DNA from: an archaeon HR01
GTDB lineage: Archaea > Thermoproteota > Nitrososphaeria_A > Caldarchaeales > Caldarchaeaceae
Direction of reading: 5' to 3'
NCBI GenBank assembly: GCA_002898355.1
Contig: BEHD01000010.1
Coordinates: forward strand, 2,637 to 66,636
Length of the DNA: 64,000 nucleotides
A program made the position numbers and the translations under genes. The notes beneath the pieces are model-generated. The model was not told the origin of the DNA and did not search any database. It saw nothing but the letters and a program-made list of their open reading frames with translations. Of the stretch, positions 63,263 through 64,000 are shown in pieces. The number at the start of each line of letters is the position of its first letter. Position 1 is the stretch's first letter.

Positions 63263-64000
63263 GGGCGGTAGTGCTGGGTGGGGGTACAGGCGGAACCCTG
63301 ACCGCCAACCTCCTAGCGAGAAAAATCAAGGATGTCACTCTGGTAAGCAGTAATGACATTCACGTGTTTCAGCCGGCCAACTTGGATATAGCCTTCAAAG
63401 GTGCAAAACCTGAAAAATTTGTTCGGAGGCAGTCAAGCCTCCTCAGCAGACATGTCAGATTCATACCTGACCCCGCCGCTAAAATCAAGCTCGAGGATAG
63501 GCTGCTGGTCACAGAATCTGGGAGAGAGATAGGATATGACTATCTGGTGATAGCCACAGGCTCTTATACGGCCCCACATCAGGTGGAGGGCCTGGCCCAG
63601 TATAGCCACAACTTCCACAGCGGTCAGGAGGACTCGGCCAGAATATGGGAGGAGTTGAAGAGGTTCTCTGGCGGGAAGATAGTCCTTTTGATCGCCGGAG
63701 TCCCCCATAAATGTCCTCCGTCACCAGTCGAGGCCATGTTCCTTATGGATGACTTTTTCAGGAAACGAGGCTTGAGGGAGAAGGTTGAGCTAACCCTCCT
63801 CACGCCATATCCTAGGGCTTACCCAGCGGCCTCCATCGCAGAGATAGTTGAGCCGCTCTTCCAAGAACGGGGGATAAACTTCCTCCCCTTCTTTAATGTT
63901 GACCACGTTGAAAAAGGTGTGGTGTATTCTATGGAGGGTGAGAAGGTGGAGTATGACCTACTGATATCAATTCCACCCCACACCGGCTCCGATGTTGTGA
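63259..64000 (+). CDS. Sulfide:quinone oxidoreductase-like flavoprotein (truncated by window end)
   Basis: ATGA overlap with tusA; VVLGGGTGG, FQP, YDYLVIATG, KCPPSPVE, IPPH; absent from the ORF track because there is no stop in the window. Confidence 0.88.
   Translation, partial: MRAVVLGGGTGGTLTANLLARKIKDVTLVSSNDIHVFQPANLDIAFKGAKPEKFVRRQSSLLSRHVRFIPDPAAKIKLEDRLLVTESGREIGYDYLVIATGSYTAPHQVEGLAQYSHNFHSGQEDSARIWEELKRFSGGKIVLLIAGVPHKCPPSPVEAMFLMDDFFRKRGLREKVELTLLTPYPRAYPAASIAEIVEPLFQERGINFLPFFNVDHVEKGVVYSMEGEKVEYDLLISIPPHTGSDVV

Noticed and set aside
1638-63724. Many 60-270 aa ORFs antisense to or nested in assigned genes (e.g. 8680..9291, 32447..33154, 56389..57213, 59481..60032)
   Set aside because: Ser/Pro/Thr-rich shadows of real genes with no motifs or independent start signals
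1-64000. tRNA, rRNA, SRP/RNase P RNA, CRISPR arrays, transposases or integrases
   Set aside because: No cloverleaf/T-loop signatures, regularly spaced direct repeats or recombinase motifs were found by eye; very short sRNAs could have been missed

Overview
Gene-dense archaeal chromosomal segment. It has TATA/BRE promoters, GGTGA-type ribosome-binding sites, TFB, Alba, LSm, an archaeal-type MAT, PINA, NucS, EndoQ and Elp3. A single-chain eukaryote-like topoisomerase IB, a TackOD1 protein and an estimated ~50% GC point to a TACK archaeon, most likely Aigarchaeota/Caldarchaeales (inference). Most of the ~65 genes are housekeeping: aminoacyl-tRNA synthetases, DNA ligase and repair, an oligopeptide ABC transporter, F420 and pterin biosynthesis, hisD-hisB, and a DsrE-TusA-SQR sulfur cluster running off the right edge. 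The most striking locus is a tight three-gene operon at 14558-17786. It encodes a Rab/Ras-like small GTPase with an N-terminal zinc ribbon and Gly in place of the catalytic Gln, then a translationally coupled TackOD1 multi-zinc-finger protein with an apparently inactive restriction-nuclease-like domain, then a processive GT2 polysaccharide synthase. This is a candidate GTPase-switched exopolysaccharide system. Also notable: two large repeat surface proteins sharing a C-terminal R-[LI]-P-R-I tail, a eukaryote-like presenilin, a stand-alone FbiB-C/FbiE-like reductase in the cofD-cofC operon facing a degenerate LarA paralog, and operator-like inverted repeats. No tRNA, rRNA, CRISPR array or mobile element was recognised. 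All calls are from motif recognition by eye; no searches were run.
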